A DNA stretch of 63,951 nucleotides, counting the filler, from Dehalococcoidia bacterium (GTDB taxonomy: Bacteria > Chloroflexota > Dehalococcoidia > DSTF01 > JACRBR01), in assembly GCA_041494685.1 (NCBI GenBank). It is 3 parts of 3 records of this genome, joined end to end, with 100 filler letters (N's around TTAATTAATTAA, not from the genome) between each part and the next. Parts side by side here need not be neighbours in the genome. Positions count along the whole stretch, not along the records: positions 1 to 29,331 come from JBGQBE010000044.1; 2 more parts are not named here. One strand, written 5' to 3'. A program made the translations under genes and the position numbers. This document shows positions 1 to 10,906 of this stretch, piece by piece. Position 1 is the stretch's first letter. Every line of letters starts with the position of its first letter. The notes beneath the pieces are model-generated. The model was not told where the DNA came from. It did no database searches and saw only the letters and a program-made list of their open reading frames with translations.

Positions 1-135
1 CTATCAGAGCAACGCAGAACGCCTCGCAGCCCTGCCCGGCTTCCTCCAGGCGTACAATGGCGATCGCCCACACACCGCACTCGGCGGTCTCCCGCCGCTC
101 TCGCGGATCTGTCAATAACGTCCGTGGGAACTACA
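1..135 (+). mobile_element. IS481-family insertion sequence, 3' end (transposase C-terminus and right end), truncated by window start
   Basis: Frame 2 reads YQSNAERLAALPGFLQAYNGDRPHTALGGLPPLSRICQ* (stop 116-118), matching the IS481 YN..RPH.ALGG.PP.SR tail; the element ends ...GGGAACTACA and is followed by GCTAGC, the NCTAGN-type target of IS481. Confidence 0.85.
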
Positions 136-136
136 G

Positions 137-505
137 CTAGCTGACGCGCTCAGAGCCTTCCTGCGCCTCGGCCGCGCCGCGGACCTTCGTGTAGCAGTTG
201 CTGCAGTACACCGGGCGGTCGCCACGCGGCTGGAACGGCACCTCGGTCATCATGCCGCACTCGGCGCAGGTCGCGGGGTGCATCTGGCGCGGCGTGCGCC
301 CGCCGAAGCTGGCGAAGACGCCGTAGCGCACGTACCCCTCTTCGGGCTCGTTCGTGCGGGTGGTCTTCCGGGCGGAGCGGCACGACGGACATCGTACCGG
401 CTCGTTCTGGAGCCCCTTGTTGGCGTAGAACTCCTGCTCACCGGAGGTGAACGTGAAGTTCTGCTTGCAATCTCGGCAAATCAGGGTCTTGTCTGCGAAG
501 CTCAA
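137..505 (-). CDS. Zinc-ribbon / CxxC-x17-CxxC domain protein
   Basis: DKTLICRDC...EQEFY..KG..NEP.RCPSCR N-terminal domain and C-terminal CAEC-x17-CSNC; TTG start with GGAGAGG upstream. Confidence 0.85.
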   Translation of the reverse strand: MSFADKTLICRDCKQNFTFTSGEQEFYANKGLQNEPVRCPSCRSARKTTRTNEPEEGYVRYGVFASFGGRTPRQMHPATCAECGMMTEVPFQPRGDRPVYCSNCYTKVRGAAEAQEGSERVS

Positions 506-633
506 TTGGATCCTCTCCCGTCGGGGATATGAATGTGCGGCCCATCAGGCCGCACCGTCCGCATGCTGAGCCCCGTGACCACCGCTGGAAGTATATCGGT
601 CGCGCCGAAGGGCTCACAAGTTGGGGGAAACGC

Positions 634-2265
634 TCATTCTCCCAGATACGGCCGGAGGCGCGCCGGCACGGGCAGCCGCCGCACCAGCACCGCCGCCTCC
701 TCGCTGTGCAGGGCGCGGCTGGCGTAGAAGAACACCACGGCGCCCAGGGCCATGCCGCCCATCATCGCGAAGCCGGCGTCCACCTTCCGCCCCAGGTCCA
801 GCAGCCCCGTCAGCTCCAGCAGCGCCAGCCACAGGGCGATCACCTCGGCCATCAGCACCGTGGCCATCAGCGTCTTTCCGACCGAGGCCATGAGGTACAC
901 GCCGTCGATGCCGTGCAGCCGCCGGTCGAGCGTCCGCAGCAGCATGAAGAACTCCGCGATCGTGGCGACCGAAAGCGCCGCCGCCAGCCCCTTGATGCCG
1001 AACGGCCAGACCAGGATCAGCGAGAGCACGAGGTTGATGACCATCGACATGACGGCGAAGGCGACCGGCGTCCGCGTGTCGCTCATGGCGTAGTAGGCCC
1101 GGCTGACGATCTCGATGCCCGCGTGCGCGAAGAGCGCGATGGCATAGAAGACCAGCGCCGACACCACCAAGTCCGTGGAGGCGGCGTTGAAGGCCCCGCC
1201 GCGGAGCAGGAACGCCGTGATCGGCTTCGCCAGGATCATCAGCCCGACGCTGGCGGGGATTGTGAGGAAGAGGATCAGGCGGAGCGCGCGCGAGAGTGTG
1301 TCCTGCATCTCGGCGTTGTCGCGCGCGGCCTGCTCGGCCATGCGCGGGAAGACGGCGGTGCTGATCGCCATGCCGAAGAGGCCCAGCGGCGTCATCACCA
1401 CCAGCCAGGCGTAATTGACGGCCGAGATGGCGCCGTCACGCACGGTCGAGGCGAAGAACGTGGCGATGAGGAAGTTGAGCTGGAACGCCGCCAGCCCGAT
1501 GACGCGCGGCCCCATCAGGCGCCCGACCTCGCGCACCGCCTTGTCGCGCCAGTCCCAGACCGGCTCCCAGCGCATGCCCACCAGTCGTAGCGCCGGCAAC
1601 TGCACCAGCAGGTGCAGCATCGCGCCGACGACGACCGCCATGGCGAGCACCTTCACGTCGTGCGAGAACATGGCGCCGACGATGATGGCGGCGTTGTAGA
1701 ACATGGGGGCGAACGCGGGCGCGAAGAAGTGGTGCCGCGAATTGAGGATGCCCATGAACATGCCGCTGACCGCGAACAGCACGGGCGAGATCATCATGAT
1801 CCTGGTCAGATCCACTGCCAGCGACGTCAGCTGCGAGTGCTGGCCGATATCGTCGCCCAGCCCCGGCGCCGTCATCGGCACGATGACCGGCGCCAGCAGC
1901 AGCGCGATCACGGCGAACACCGCCGTCGCGGCGAACACGAGGTTCAGCACGCCCGCCGCCAGCCGCCAGGCCGCGCGGTCGCCCTGCTCCGCCAGGATGC
2001 GCGCGAAGGTCGGGATGAAGGCGCTGCCGAGGGTCGCGCCGGCGAGAAGTTGGAAGATCAGGTCCGGCACCCGGAAGGCAACGAAGTAGGCGTCGAGGTC
2101 CGGGCTGGTGCCGAACTGGTGGGCGATGACGACGGTACGCAGGAGGCCGAGCAGGCGGCTGCCCAGGAAGCCGAGCGCGACGACCGAGGCAGCCGCGGCG
2201 AGGCTCGGGTGTTCGACCGCGGCGGCGTCTTCGTCGGCGAAGAACCGTGCTCTCAGCGTTCGCAT
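634..2265 (-). CDS. murJ: Lipid II flippase MurJ (MviN)
   Basis: SRLLGLLR, DAYFVAFRVPD, SAFIPTF and RAYYAMSDTRTP motifs; many TM segments. Confidence 0.92.
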   Translation of the reverse strand: MRTLRARFFADEDAAAVEHPSLAAAASVVALGFLGSRLLGLLRTVVIAHQFGTSPDLDAYFVAFRVPDLIFQLLAGATLGSAFIPTFARILAEQGDRAAWRLAAGVLNLVFAATAVFAVIALLLAPVIVPMTAPGLGDDIGQHSQLTSLAVDLTRIMMISPVLFAVSGMFMGILNSRHHFFAPAFAPMFYNAAIIVGAMFSHDVKVLAMAVVVGAMLHLLVQLPALRLVGMRWEPVWDWRDKAVREVGRLMGPRVIGLAAFQLNFLIATFFASTVRDGAISAVNYAWLVVMTPLGLFGMAISTAVFPRMAEQAARDNAEMQDTLSRALRLILFLTIPASVGLMILAKPITAFLLRGGAFNAASTDLVVSALVFYAIALFAHAGIEIVSRAYYAMSDTRTPVAFAVMSMVINLVLSLILVWPFGIKGLAAALSVATIAEFFMLLRTLDRRLHGIDGVYLMASVGKTLMATVLMAEVIALWLALLELTGLLDLGRKVDAGFAMMGGMALGAVVFFYASRALHSEEAAVLVRRLPVPARLRPYLGE

Positions 2266-2375
2266 CTTGCGTTCGGTCTCGGGGCGCCCATACGCGCGGG
2301 TCTGGCGCGTCGCAGCATCATACTACGGGCCTCGCGCGGCCTACAACGCGCATGCCGCGCGCTATGAAGCGCGGC

Positions 2376-2404
2376 TGGACACAGCACGGCACGGCCGATA
2401 CGAT
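2376..2404 (+). promoter_or_regulatory. Candidate sigma70 promoter of rpsT
   Basis: TGGACA-17bp-TACGAT about 55 nt upstream of the GTG start. Confidence 0.5.
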
Positions 2405-2457
2405 GGCAGGTACTCATTTCGAGCGCGCGCGTTGGCGTGCGCGGGAGGATTCGCACT

Positions 2458-2904
2458 GTGGCACACTCCAAGTCCGCGCTGAAGCGCTGGCGTCAGAACG
2501 AAGCACACCGGGAGCGCAACAAACCTGTCCGCACGGGCGCGCGCACGGCCGTCAAGAAGGCACACGCTGCCATCACCGCCAGTCCGGTCGAGGAGGCCCA
2601 GGCCGCCATCGCCGAAGCTGCCGGCATCCTGGACCGCGCGGCGAAGCACAACGTCGTCCACCCGAACGCGGTATCGCGCCACAAGTCGCGGATGGCGAAG
2701 CACCTGAACAAGGTCGCCGGCGGCTTCGTGGCCGAGGCGCCGAAGAAGGGCCGCAAGACGTCGACGAAGCAGGCCCCCAAGGCCAAGGCGAAAGCGGCGG
2801 CGAAGCCGGCAGCCAAGACCACGGCCAAGACCACCGCGAAGCCTGCGGCGAAGCCCGCGGCGAAGCCGAAGGCGACCCGCGCAAAGCCGGCCGACAAGAG
2901 CTAA
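2458..2904 (+). CDS. rpsT: 30S ribosomal protein S20 with Lys/Ala/Pro-rich C-terminal extension
   Basis: (M)AHSKSALKRWRQ...RERNK...LDRAAKHNVVHPNAVSRHKSR; GTG start with GGGAGG RBS. Confidence 0.92.
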   Translation: MAHSKSALKRWRQNEAHRERNKPVRTGARTAVKKAHAAITASPVEEAQAAIAEAAGILDRAAKHNVVHPNAVSRHKSRMAKHLNKVAGGFVAEAPKKGRKTSTKQAPKAKAKAAAKPAAKTTAKTTAKPAAKPAAKPKATRAKPADKS

Positions 2905-2928
2905 CGTCGGCGCACAAGGCGCACTCGT

Positions 2929-2963
2929 ACGGCGCCTGCTTCGGCGGGCGCCGTTTTCGTTTT
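2929..2963 (+). terminator. Intrinsic terminator of rpsT
   Basis: ACGGCGCCTGC-TTCG-GCGGGCGCCGT hairpin followed by TTTCGTTTT. Confidence 0.8.
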
Positions 2964-2970
2964 CCAAGCA

Positions 2971-2998
2971 GGACGGCCCTCGAATTCGAGGGCCGTCC
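2971..2998 (-). terminator. Perfect 28-bp palindrome, probable terminator of the ribosomal protein cluster
   Basis: GGACGGCCCTCGAATTCGAGGGCCGTCC lies 27 nt past the rpsI stop; weak U-tract. Confidence 0.6.
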
Positions 2999-3025
2999 GT
3001 GTATGTGCCGTGCGGTGCGCCGGGG

Positions 3026-3424
3026 TTAGCGCTTGGTGTACTGGGGTGCCTTGCGCGCGCGCTTCAGTCCGACCTTCTTGCGCTCCTTCATGCGGGAGTC
3101 GCGGGTGAGCAGACTCTGGCGGCGCAGCGCCGGCCGCAGCGTCTCGTCCGAGGTGACCAGTGCGCGGGCGATGCCATGCGAGAGGGCGCCCGCCCAGCCG
3201 GTGATGCCGCCGCCGACGATCTTCGCCTGGACGTTGAAGCGGCCCTCGGCCATCGTGGCCTTGAGCGGTGCCAGCACAGCCGCCTGGTGCGAGCCGCGCG
3301 TGAACACGGTCATGTAGCCCTTGCCGTTCACCAGGATCTCGCCGGTGCCCGGGTACAGGCGGACGCGCGCCACCGCGGTCTTGCGGCGGCCCGTGCCGTA
3401 GAAATAGCGCTCGGTCGTTGCCAT
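3026..3424 (-). CDS. rpsI: 30S ribosomal protein S9
   Basis: GTGRRKTAVARV; LLTRDSRMKERKKVGLKRARKAPQYTKR. Confidence 0.97.
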   Translation of the reverse strand: MATTERYFYGTGRRKTAVARVRLYPGTGEILVNGKGYMTVFTRGSHQAAVLAPLKATMAEGRFNVQAKIVGGGITGWAGALSHGIARALVTSDETLRPALRRQSLLTRDSRMKERKKVGLKRARKAPQYTKR

Positions 3425-3436
3425 GTCAGTCCTTCC

Positions 3437-3880
3437 CTACGCCTTGGCCTCGTGGCCCTTGCCTGTACCGGCGTTCACTTGCGACTGGTGCGGGTGGTCC
3501 GGTCCGGCGTAGACCTTCAGGTGGTGCAGCAGCTTCGCGCCGTGCGCGTTGTGCGGCAGCATGCCCTTGACGGCGAACTCGATGACGCGCTCCGGCTTCG
3601 TCTGCAGCAGCTTCTCCTGCGTGATCGACTTCAGTCCGCCCGGGTACATGGAGTGGTGGTAGTACTTCTTCGCCACCATGTCGCCGCTGATCTTCACCAG
3701 CGCGGCGTTGACCACGATGACGAAGTCGCCGTTGCCCATCGACGGCGTGAACGTCGGGCGGTTCTTGCCGCGCAACGTCGACGCGATCTCGGACGCCAGG
3801 CGTCCCAGCGGCTTACCCGCCGCGTCGACGACGTGCCACTTCTCTTCGATGTCCTTCGGCTTCAGCGTGTACGTCGCCAT
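3437..3880 (-). CDS. rplM: 50S ribosomal protein L13
   Basis: WHVVDAAGKPLGRLAS...LRGKNRPTFTP; AVKGMLP; ATG at 3880 overlaps the truA stop. Confidence 0.96.
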   Translation of the reverse strand: MATYTLKPKDIEEKWHVVDAAGKPLGRLASEIASTLRGKNRPTFTPSMGNGDFVIVVNAALVKISGDMVAKKYYHHSMYPGGLKSITQEKLLQTKPERVIEFAVKGMLPHNAHGAKLLHHLKVYAGPDHPHQSQVNAGTGKGHEAKA

Positions 3881-4680
3881 CAACTCTGTCCGTTCCCTGA
3901 ATCGGGCGCCCATTGGAGCCCGTCATACGCTATCCGCACCAGGTAGAGCCCGCAAGCGGGCGCCGCCGGCCCCGCGCTGGACGGCCGCGCCTGCTCCAGC
4001 AGCGCCACCAGCGCTTCGTCTGTCATCCGGCCGAGTCCCACCTCGACCAGCGGCCCCGCCGTCCGCCGCACCTGGTGCGGCAGGAAGGCCCGCGCCTCCA
4101 TCTCGATGGCCACGCGCCCGCAGCGCGCCGTGACCTCGCAACGTTGCAGCGTCCGCTGCGTCCGGCCCTCGTACGACCCCGCGAACGCCGCGAAGTCGTG
4201 CGAGCCCTCCAGCAGCCGCGCCGCCCGCTGCATCGCCGCCACGTCCAGCGAGCGGGGCACGTGCCACGCCCGCTCCCGCTCCAGCGGCGAACGCACCGGC
4301 CGGTTATCGATCCGGTAGCGGTACACGCGCGAACGCGCGTGCCGTCTCGGGTCGAAGTCCGCCAACACCTCCCGGGCATCGCGCACCGCGATGTCCTGCG
4401 GCAGGAAGTGGTTCAAACCGCCCACGAACCCGGCCGGCGGGATGTCCGATCGCGTGTCGAACACCGCCACCTGGCCCAGCGCGTGGACCCCGGCATCGGT
4501 GCGCCCCGCAAAGGCGGCGCGCACACGTACGCCGGTGAGCTTGCTCACCGCGGCCTCCAACTCCTCCTGGATGCTGGGGCCGTTCTCCTGGTACTGCGAG
4601 CCGCGATACGCGGTCCCGTCGTACTCCAGCAGTACGGCGATGCGCCGCCCGTCCGTCCGGGCGCCGTCCTCGCCGTCCAT
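3880..4680 (-). CDS. truA: tRNA pseudouridine(38-40) synthase TruA
   Basis: LEYDGTAY.G.Q, AGRTDAGVHALGQV, GSHDFAAF, APACGLYL. Confidence 0.95.
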   Translation of the reverse strand: MDGEDGARTDGRRIAVLLEYDGTAYRGSQYQENGPSIQEELEAAVSKLTGVRVRAAFAGRTDAGVHALGQVAVFDTRSDIPPAGFVGGLNHFLPQDIAVRDAREVLADFDPRRHARSRVYRYRIDNRPVRSPLERERAWHVPRSLDVAAMQRAARLLEGSHDFAAFAGSYEGRTQRTLQRCEVTARCGRVAIEMEARAFLPHQVRRTAGPLVEVGLGRMTDEALVALLEQARPSSAGPAAPACGLYLVRIAYDGLQWAPDSGNGQS

Positions 4681-4683
4681 GGC

Positions 4684-5043
4684 TTAGGCGCGTTCCACCA
4701 GCTCAAGCTGCGCCATCGACGCGCCATCGCCGTTGCGCGGGCCGAGCTTGATGATCCGCGTGTAACCGCCCGGCCGCGTCGCAAAGCGCGGTGCGATGTC
4801 GTCGAACAGCTTCTTCACGACGTCCTTGTCGTTGATGTACGCCAGTGCCTGTCGGCGCGCGTGCAGCGTGCCGTCCTTGCCGAGCGTGATCATCTTCTCC
4901 GCGATCGGCCGCACTTCCTTGGCCTTCGCCTCGGTCGTCCGGAGCCGTTCGTGCTCCATGAGATTCTTCACCAGGTTCTTGAAGAGCGCGACTCGCTCAT
5001 CGCCCGGCCGGTCGAACTTGCGTCCGCTTACCTTGTGGCGCAT
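4684..5043 (-). CDS. rplQ: 50S ribosomal protein L17
   Basis: [39 protein letters not shown]. Confidence 0.97.
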   Translation of the reverse strand: MRHKVSGRKFDRPGDERVALFKNLVKNLMEHERLRTTEAKAKEVRPIAEKMITLGKDGTLHARRQALAYINDKDVVKKLFDDIAPRFATRPGGYTRIIKLGPRNGDGASMAQLELVERA

Positions 5044-5045
5044 GG

Positions 5046-6155
5046 CTAGTCTTCCCTCTCCTTGCGCTTGATCAGCTCAGACGGGTCCTCGCCGGCCTCG
5101 CGCAGCGCTTCGATGAGCGCGGCGCCGAGCGGGCTCAGATCCTCGGCCTCTTCGGTTGCCGCGGCGCCCGTACCCGCCGGCGTGTGGCCCAGCGGCAGCG
5201 CGCCGCGCGTCTCGTCGTCCTCGTCGCCCGGCGTCAGCAGGCCAAGCTCGATCAGCTTGTCGCGCAGCTCGTCGTACGACTTGCGGCCGAAGTTGCGCAG
5301 CGAGAGCAGCTCGTCCTCGCTCTTCTCCAGCACCGCGCCCACGGTCATCAGGCCGCTGCGCTTGAGGCAGTTGTAGGCGCGGACCGAGAGGTTGAGCTCT
5401 TCGATCGGCATGTTGTACTTGTCCGGCGGCAGCATCGTACCGACGCCCAGTCCGCGGTCCACCGTCGGCGGCAGCGGCTTCCCGAGCAGCGCGAACATCC
5501 GCAGCTCATCGATGAGGATGTCGCTGCTCTTGCTGATCGCGTCGACGCCGGACATCGTGCCATCGGTCCAGACTTCGAGCGTGAGCTTGTCGTAGTTCGT
5601 CATCTGGCCGACGCGCGTGTGCGTCACATGGAAGTTGACGCGGCGCACCGGCGAGAAGATCGCGTCCACCGGGATGACGCCGATGGGCAGCCCGTCGCTC
5701 TGGCCGGCGGGGGCGTAGCCTTGGCCCGGCTCCACGTTGAACTCGACCGTCAGGCGCGCCTCGGGCGCGTCCAGCGTCGCCAGCAGCAGGTCCGGGTTGA
5801 CGATCTCGTAGTCCGCGGTCGTCTGGATGCGCTCCGCGGTCACGGGGCCGACGCCGGAGGCCTCCAGGTAGAGCTTGGCGGGGCGCTCAGCGAGCGCGCG
5901 CAGGCGCAACTCCTTGATGTTGAGCAGGAACTCGGTCGTGTCTTCCTTCATGTGCGGGATGGTCGAGAACTCGTGCTCGACTTCTTCGATCCGCACCGAC
6001 GTGACCGCCGCCCCGGGCAGCGAACTGAGCAGGACTCGGCGCAAGGCGTTGCCCAGCGTCGTGCCGAAGCCGGCGTTCAGCGGCTCCGCGACGAGGCGGA
6101 CATACGTCTCCGTCTCTTCCTCGACCTCGATGTGCGCGGGCTCCAGTTCGTTCAA
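5046..6155 (-). CDS. rpoA: RNA polymerase alpha subunit with acidic C-terminal extension
   Basis: [41 protein letters not shown]...RNFGRKS; TTG start with AGGAGG RBS. Confidence 0.96.
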   Translation of the reverse strand: MNELEPAHIEVEEETETYVRLVAEPLNAGFGTTLGNALRRVLLSSLPGAAVTSVRIEEVEHEFSTIPHMKEDTTEFLLNIKELRLRALAERPAKLYLEASGVGPVTAERIQTTADYEIVNPDLLLATLDAPEARLTVEFNVEPGQGYAPAGQSDGLPIGVIPVDAIFSPVRRVNFHVTHTRVGQMTNYDKLTLEVWTDGTMSGVDAISKSSDILIDELRMFALLGKPLPPTVDRGLGVGTMLPPDKYNMPIEELNLSVRAYNCLKRSGLMTVGAVLEKSEDELLSLRNFGRKSYDELRDKLIELGLLTPGDEDDETRGALPLGHTPAGTGAAATEEAEDLSPLGAALIEALREAGEDPSELIKRKERED

Positions 6156-6229
6156 CGCAATCCCTCCTGGGCGAAAAGCGGGCGCATCGGCCGCCAACGG
6201 CCTCAGCGCCTCGCCTGCCCGTATGGCCG

Positions 6230-6853
6230 CTACCGTGAGTAGTACTCGACGATCACCGCCGGGTCGAACTTCGACGGCGTCTCCGCGATGGCGGGCAGCG
6301 TGACGACGCGACCGGTCATCTGGTCCACGTCAACGCTCAACCACGCGGGCGCCTGCTTGCTCGACATGTTCTCCTTGGCGGCCTTGAAGTACTCGCTCTT
6401 CTTGCTGCCGGCCATCCAGCCGATGACGTCGCCGGGCTTGGTGGCGGCGGACGCGACGTCCGTCTTGCGGCCGTTGAGCATGACGTGGCCGTGCAGCACG
6501 ACCTGGCGCGCCGCCTTCAGCGAGTCGCCGAAGCCGAGCTTGTACACCACGTTGTCCAGGCGCAGCTCCAGCAGCCGCACCAGGTTGTCGCCGGTGACGC
6601 CGGGCTGGCGTACCGCTTCCTCGTAGTAGTGGCGGAACTGCTTCTCCAGCACACCGTACGAGTAGCGCGCCTTCTGCTTCTCGCGCAGCTGCAGCGCGCG
6701 GTCACTCAGCTTGCGCCGACGCGTCTGCGGAGCCCCTGGGGGTTGCGGGCGCTTGTCCAGCGTGCACTTGGTAACGCACTTGTCGCCCTTCAGCATCAGC
6801 TTGTCGCCGTAGCGACGGCAAAGGCGGCAGACCGGTCCTGTATATCGAGCCAT
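6230..6853 (-). CDS. rpsD: 30S ribosomal protein S4 (Cys-containing form)
   Basis: MARYTGPVCRLCRR; QLREKQKAR; LELRLDNVVY; IVEYYSR. Confidence 0.97.
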   Translation of the reverse strand: MARYTGPVCRLCRRYGDKLMLKGDKCVTKCTLDKRPQPPGAPQTRRRKLSDRALQLREKQKARYSYGVLEKQFRHYYEEAVRQPGVTGDNLVRLLELRLDNVVYKLGFGDSLKAARQVVLHGHVMLNGRKTDVASAATKPGDVIGWMAGSKKSEYFKAAKENMSSKQAPAWLSVDVDQMTGRVVTLPAIAETPSKFDPAVIVEYYSR

Positions 6854-6877
6854 GCTTCCCTGTGTCCTTCCAGCCGC

Positions 6878-7282
6878 CTAGACGCGACGCCGCTTGGGCG
6901 GCCGGCACCCGTTGTGCGGCACGGGCGTCGAATCCTTGATACTCAATACGATGAGGCCGCTCGCCTGCAGCGCGCGGACAGCCGCCTCGCGCCCGCTGCC
7001 GGGGCCTTTGACAAACACTTCGACCTGGCGCAGGCCGTGCTCCATGGCGCGCCGGGCCGCGCCCTCCGCCGCCATCTGCGCGGCGTACGGCGTGCTCTTG
7101 CGCGAGCCCTTGAAGCCCGACTGCCCCGCGCTCGCCCACGACAGCACGTTGCCGTTGGGGTCGGTGAGCGTGATGAGCGTGTTGTTGAACGTGGACTGCA
7201 CGTAGGCCTTGCCGCGCGGGACGGACTTCTTCTCGCGTTTGCGTCCCTTGCTCTTGGTGGTGGTTGGCTTTCGCTCGGCCAT
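6878..7282 (-). CDS. rpsK: 30S ribosomal protein S11
   Basis: [35 protein letters not shown]. Confidence 0.97.
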   Translation of the reverse strand: MAERKPTTTKSKGRKREKKSVPRGKAYVQSTFNNTLITLTDPNGNVLSWASAGQSGFKGSRKSTPYAAQMAAEGAARRAMEHGLRQVEVFVKGPGSGREAAVRALQASGLIVLSIKDSTPVPHNGCRPPKRRRV

Positions 7283-7339
7283 ACGTCTCCTCTACGCGCC
7301 CCGGGGCGCGCGCGCCTCTGTTCGTGCCAGGCGCCGTGC

Positions 7340-7723
7340 TTACTTCTTCGCTGCCGCCTTGCGCTTGCCGGCGACCGTGCGCCGCGCGCCGCGCTTGGTG
7401 CGCGCATTCGTGCGCGTCCGCTGCCCGCGCACCGGCAGACCGCGCCGGTGCCGCACCCCGCGGTAGCAGTTGATCTCGATCAACCGCTGGATGTTCTGTC
7501 GCACCTCGCGCCGCAGGTCGCCCTCGACGACGTACTCCTTGTCGATCACCTCGCGGATGCGGTTCACCTCTTCGTCCGTGAGGTCGCGCACCTTCGTCGC
7601 CGGGTTGACTTGCGTCTGGGCGACGATGCGCCCCGATGCGGTCGGTCCGATGCCGAAGATGTAGCGCAGCGAGATGTCTACCCGCTTGTCCCGCGGAATG
7701 TCGACGCCGGCGATACGTGCCAT
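7340..7723 (-). CDS. rpsM: 30S ribosomal protein S13
   Basis: [25 protein letters not shown]. Confidence 0.97.
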   Translation of the reverse strand: MARIAGVDIPRDKRVDISLRYIFGIGPTASGRIVAQTQVNPATKVRDLTDEEVNRIREVIDKEYVVEGDLRREVRQNIQRLIEINCYRGVRHRRGLPVRGQRTRTNARTKRGARRTVAGKRKAAAKK

Positions 7724-7730
7724 GGTTCCC

Positions 7731-7844
7731 CTACCCCTGCCGCTGCTTATGCTTCGGGATCTCGCAGATCACCCGCAGCACCCCGTGCCGCTTGATGATC
7801 TTGCACTTCTCACAACGCTTCTTGATGGAAGCCCGGACTCGCAT
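7731..7844 (-). CDS. rpmJ: 50S ribosomal protein L36 (below ORF-track length cut-off)
   Basis: Manual translation [37 protein letters not shown]; canonical position between infA and rpsM. Confidence 0.96.
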   Translation of the reverse strand: MRVRASIKKRCEKCKIIKRHGVLRVICEIPKHKQRQG

Positions 7845-7853
7845 GTCAGTCCC

Positions 7854-8072
7854 CTACCTGAATCGATATGTGATGCGCCCGCGCTTCAAGTCGTATGGTG
7901 ACAACTCAACCAGGACGCGGTCGCCCGGTAACACCTTGATGAAGTTCAGACGGATCTTCCCGGAGATATGCGCCAGCACCTGGTGGCCGTTGGGCAACTC
8001 CACCTTGAACATCGCGTTCGGCAGGGGCTCCTTGACGACACCCTCTACCTCGATCGCGTCCTTTTTTGGCAT
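7854..8072 (-). CDS. infA: Translation initiation factor IF-1
   Basis: [32 protein letters not shown]. Confidence 0.97.
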   Translation of the reverse strand: MPKKDAIEVEGVVKEPLPNAMFKVELPNGHQVLAHISGKIRLNFIKVLPGDRVLVELSPYDLKRGRITYRFR

Positions 8073-8157
8073 GCGCTCCCTTCCGAGCCTCGCTACTCAG
8101 CGAATTGTTATACCAAATTCCCGGCACCTGGCGCGAACAAAAGGTTCTATATCGCCC

Positions 8158-8907
8158 TCATGGCACTGTGAGCACCACCGGGTCGCCATCCGTTATGGCA
8201 ATCGTGTGCTCGAAATGGGCCGCCAGCCTCCCATCGGCCGTCACAACGGTCCAATGGTCCTCCAACTGCCGTGTCCGCCAATCACCGACTGTCACCATCG
8301 GCTCCAGCGCCAGTACCATGCCCTTCTTCAGCACCGGCCCGCGGTCCGCCGGACCGAAATTCGGCACCTGCGGCTCCTCGTGCATCTGCCGTCCTACCCC
8401 GTGCCCCACGTACTCCCGCACCACACCGAAGCCGTGCGACTCGATGTACGTCTGGATCGCGTACGAGATCGCCCCAAGGCGGTTCCCCGGGCGCGCCTGC
8501 GTGATGCCCGTCGAGAGCGCGTCACGCGTCACGTCCACCAGCTTCTGCGTCAGCGGCGTCGGCTTGCCGACGATCACCGTCAGCGCCGAATCCGCCACGA
8601 ACCCCTTGTATGTGCAGCCCAGGTCCAGGCTGACGACGTCCCCGTCCTGGACCACCCGCTTGCCCGGGATCCCGTGGACGATCTCCTCGTTGACGGAGAC
8701 GCACACGGTCGCCGGATAGCCGTGGTACCCCAGGAACGTCGGTACCACCTTGTGCTTCTCGAACTCGCGCCGGACGACCTTGTCCAGCTCTTTCACCACG
8801 AGCCCGGGCCGTAGCTCCTGCACCAGCTTCTGCAGCGTCTGCGCCACCACGCTGCCCGCGTGGCGCATGATGGCGATCTCGTCGTCCGACTTGATGATGA
8901 TGGGCAT
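8158..8907 (-). CDS. map: Methionine aminopeptidase type I
   Basis: CVSVNEEIVHGIP; GHGVGRQMHEEP; LEPM; AHFEHT. Confidence 0.96.
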   Translation of the reverse strand: MPIIIKSDDEIAIMRHAGSVVAQTLQKLVQELRPGLVVKELDKVVRREFEKHKVVPTFLGYHGYPATVCVSVNEEIVHGIPGKRVVQDGDVVSLDLGCTYKGFVADSALTVIVGKPTPLTQKLVDVTRDALSTGITQARPGNRLGAISYAIQTYIESHGFGVVREYVGHGVGRQMHEEPQVPNFGPADRGPVLKKGMVLALEPMVTVGDWRTRQLEDHWTVVTADGRLAAHFEHTIAITDGDPVVLTVP

Positions 8908-8923
8908 GCGACGCCGGTCTCTC

Positions 8924-9505
8924 TTACTTCGCGGCGCCGGCGCCATCGACGCCAAGCACGCGCATGATCGACGCCGTCACCACCGGGATTTCCGGCAGCC
9001 CATCCACATCCTTCAGCTTCCCCGCCCCGCGGAAGTGCTCCAGCAGATCCGCCGGCGGCTTCTGCACTTCCAGGCGCACCTTGATCGCCTCCGGCGTGTC
9101 GTCGGCGCGCCCGGACTCTTTCGCCCGGTTCAGCATCCGCTCGACCAGCACGGCGTCGTCCGCCGTGATGTTGACCGCCAGGTCGATCGACTTCCCTTCG
9201 TTCGCCAGCGCCGCGTCGAGCGCCTGCGCCTGCACCAGCGTGCGCGGGAAGCCATCGAGCACGAAGCCCTGGTCTTTCCGCAGCTCCGCCAGCCGCGCCA
9301 TGAACATGTCGATGACCAGTTCGTCCGGGACCAGCAATCCCTGGTCCATGAACCCCTTGGCCCTGACGCCCAGCGGCGTCCCGTCCTTCACGTGCGCGCG
9401 CAGCATGTCGCCGGTCGAGATGTGCGCCCAGCCCATGCGCTCCGCCACGATCACCGCCTGCGTACCCTTGCCGACTCCGGGCGGCCCGAAGAAGATCACG
9501 TACAT
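8924..9505 (-). CDS. adk: Adenylate kinase (short-LID type)
   Basis: GPPGVGKGTQ; HISTGDMLR; LDGFPRT; GRADD with no long LID. Confidence 0.93.
   Translation of the reverse strand: MYVIFFGPPGVGKGTQAVIVAERMGWAHISTGDMLRAHVKDGTPLGVRAKGFMDQGLLVPDELVIDMFMARLAELRKDQGFVLDGFPRTLVQAQALDAALANEGKSIDLAVNITADDAVLVERMLNRAKESGRADDTPEAIKVRLEVQKPPADLLEHFRGAGKLKDVDGLPEIPVVTASIMRVLGVDGAGAAK

Positions 9506-10889
<1,384 letters not shown>

Positions 10890-10906
<17 letters not shown>

Noticed and set aside
591..600. CCGATA/TCGATA motifs upstream of several genes (about 595, 36208, 48880) as sigma28-like promoters
   Set aside because: No consistent -35 element at the expected spacing
2780..2900. Repetitive GCGAAGCC/GCCAAGACC units as a CRISPR or DNA repeat
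   Set aside because: They encode the KPAA/KTTA tail of S20; there are no unique spacers and no cas genes
8134..8147. GAAC-AAAAG-GTTC upstream of infA as an SOS box
   Set aside because: Spacer is 5 nt, not 4; the AT-rich stretch is more likely an internal promoter region
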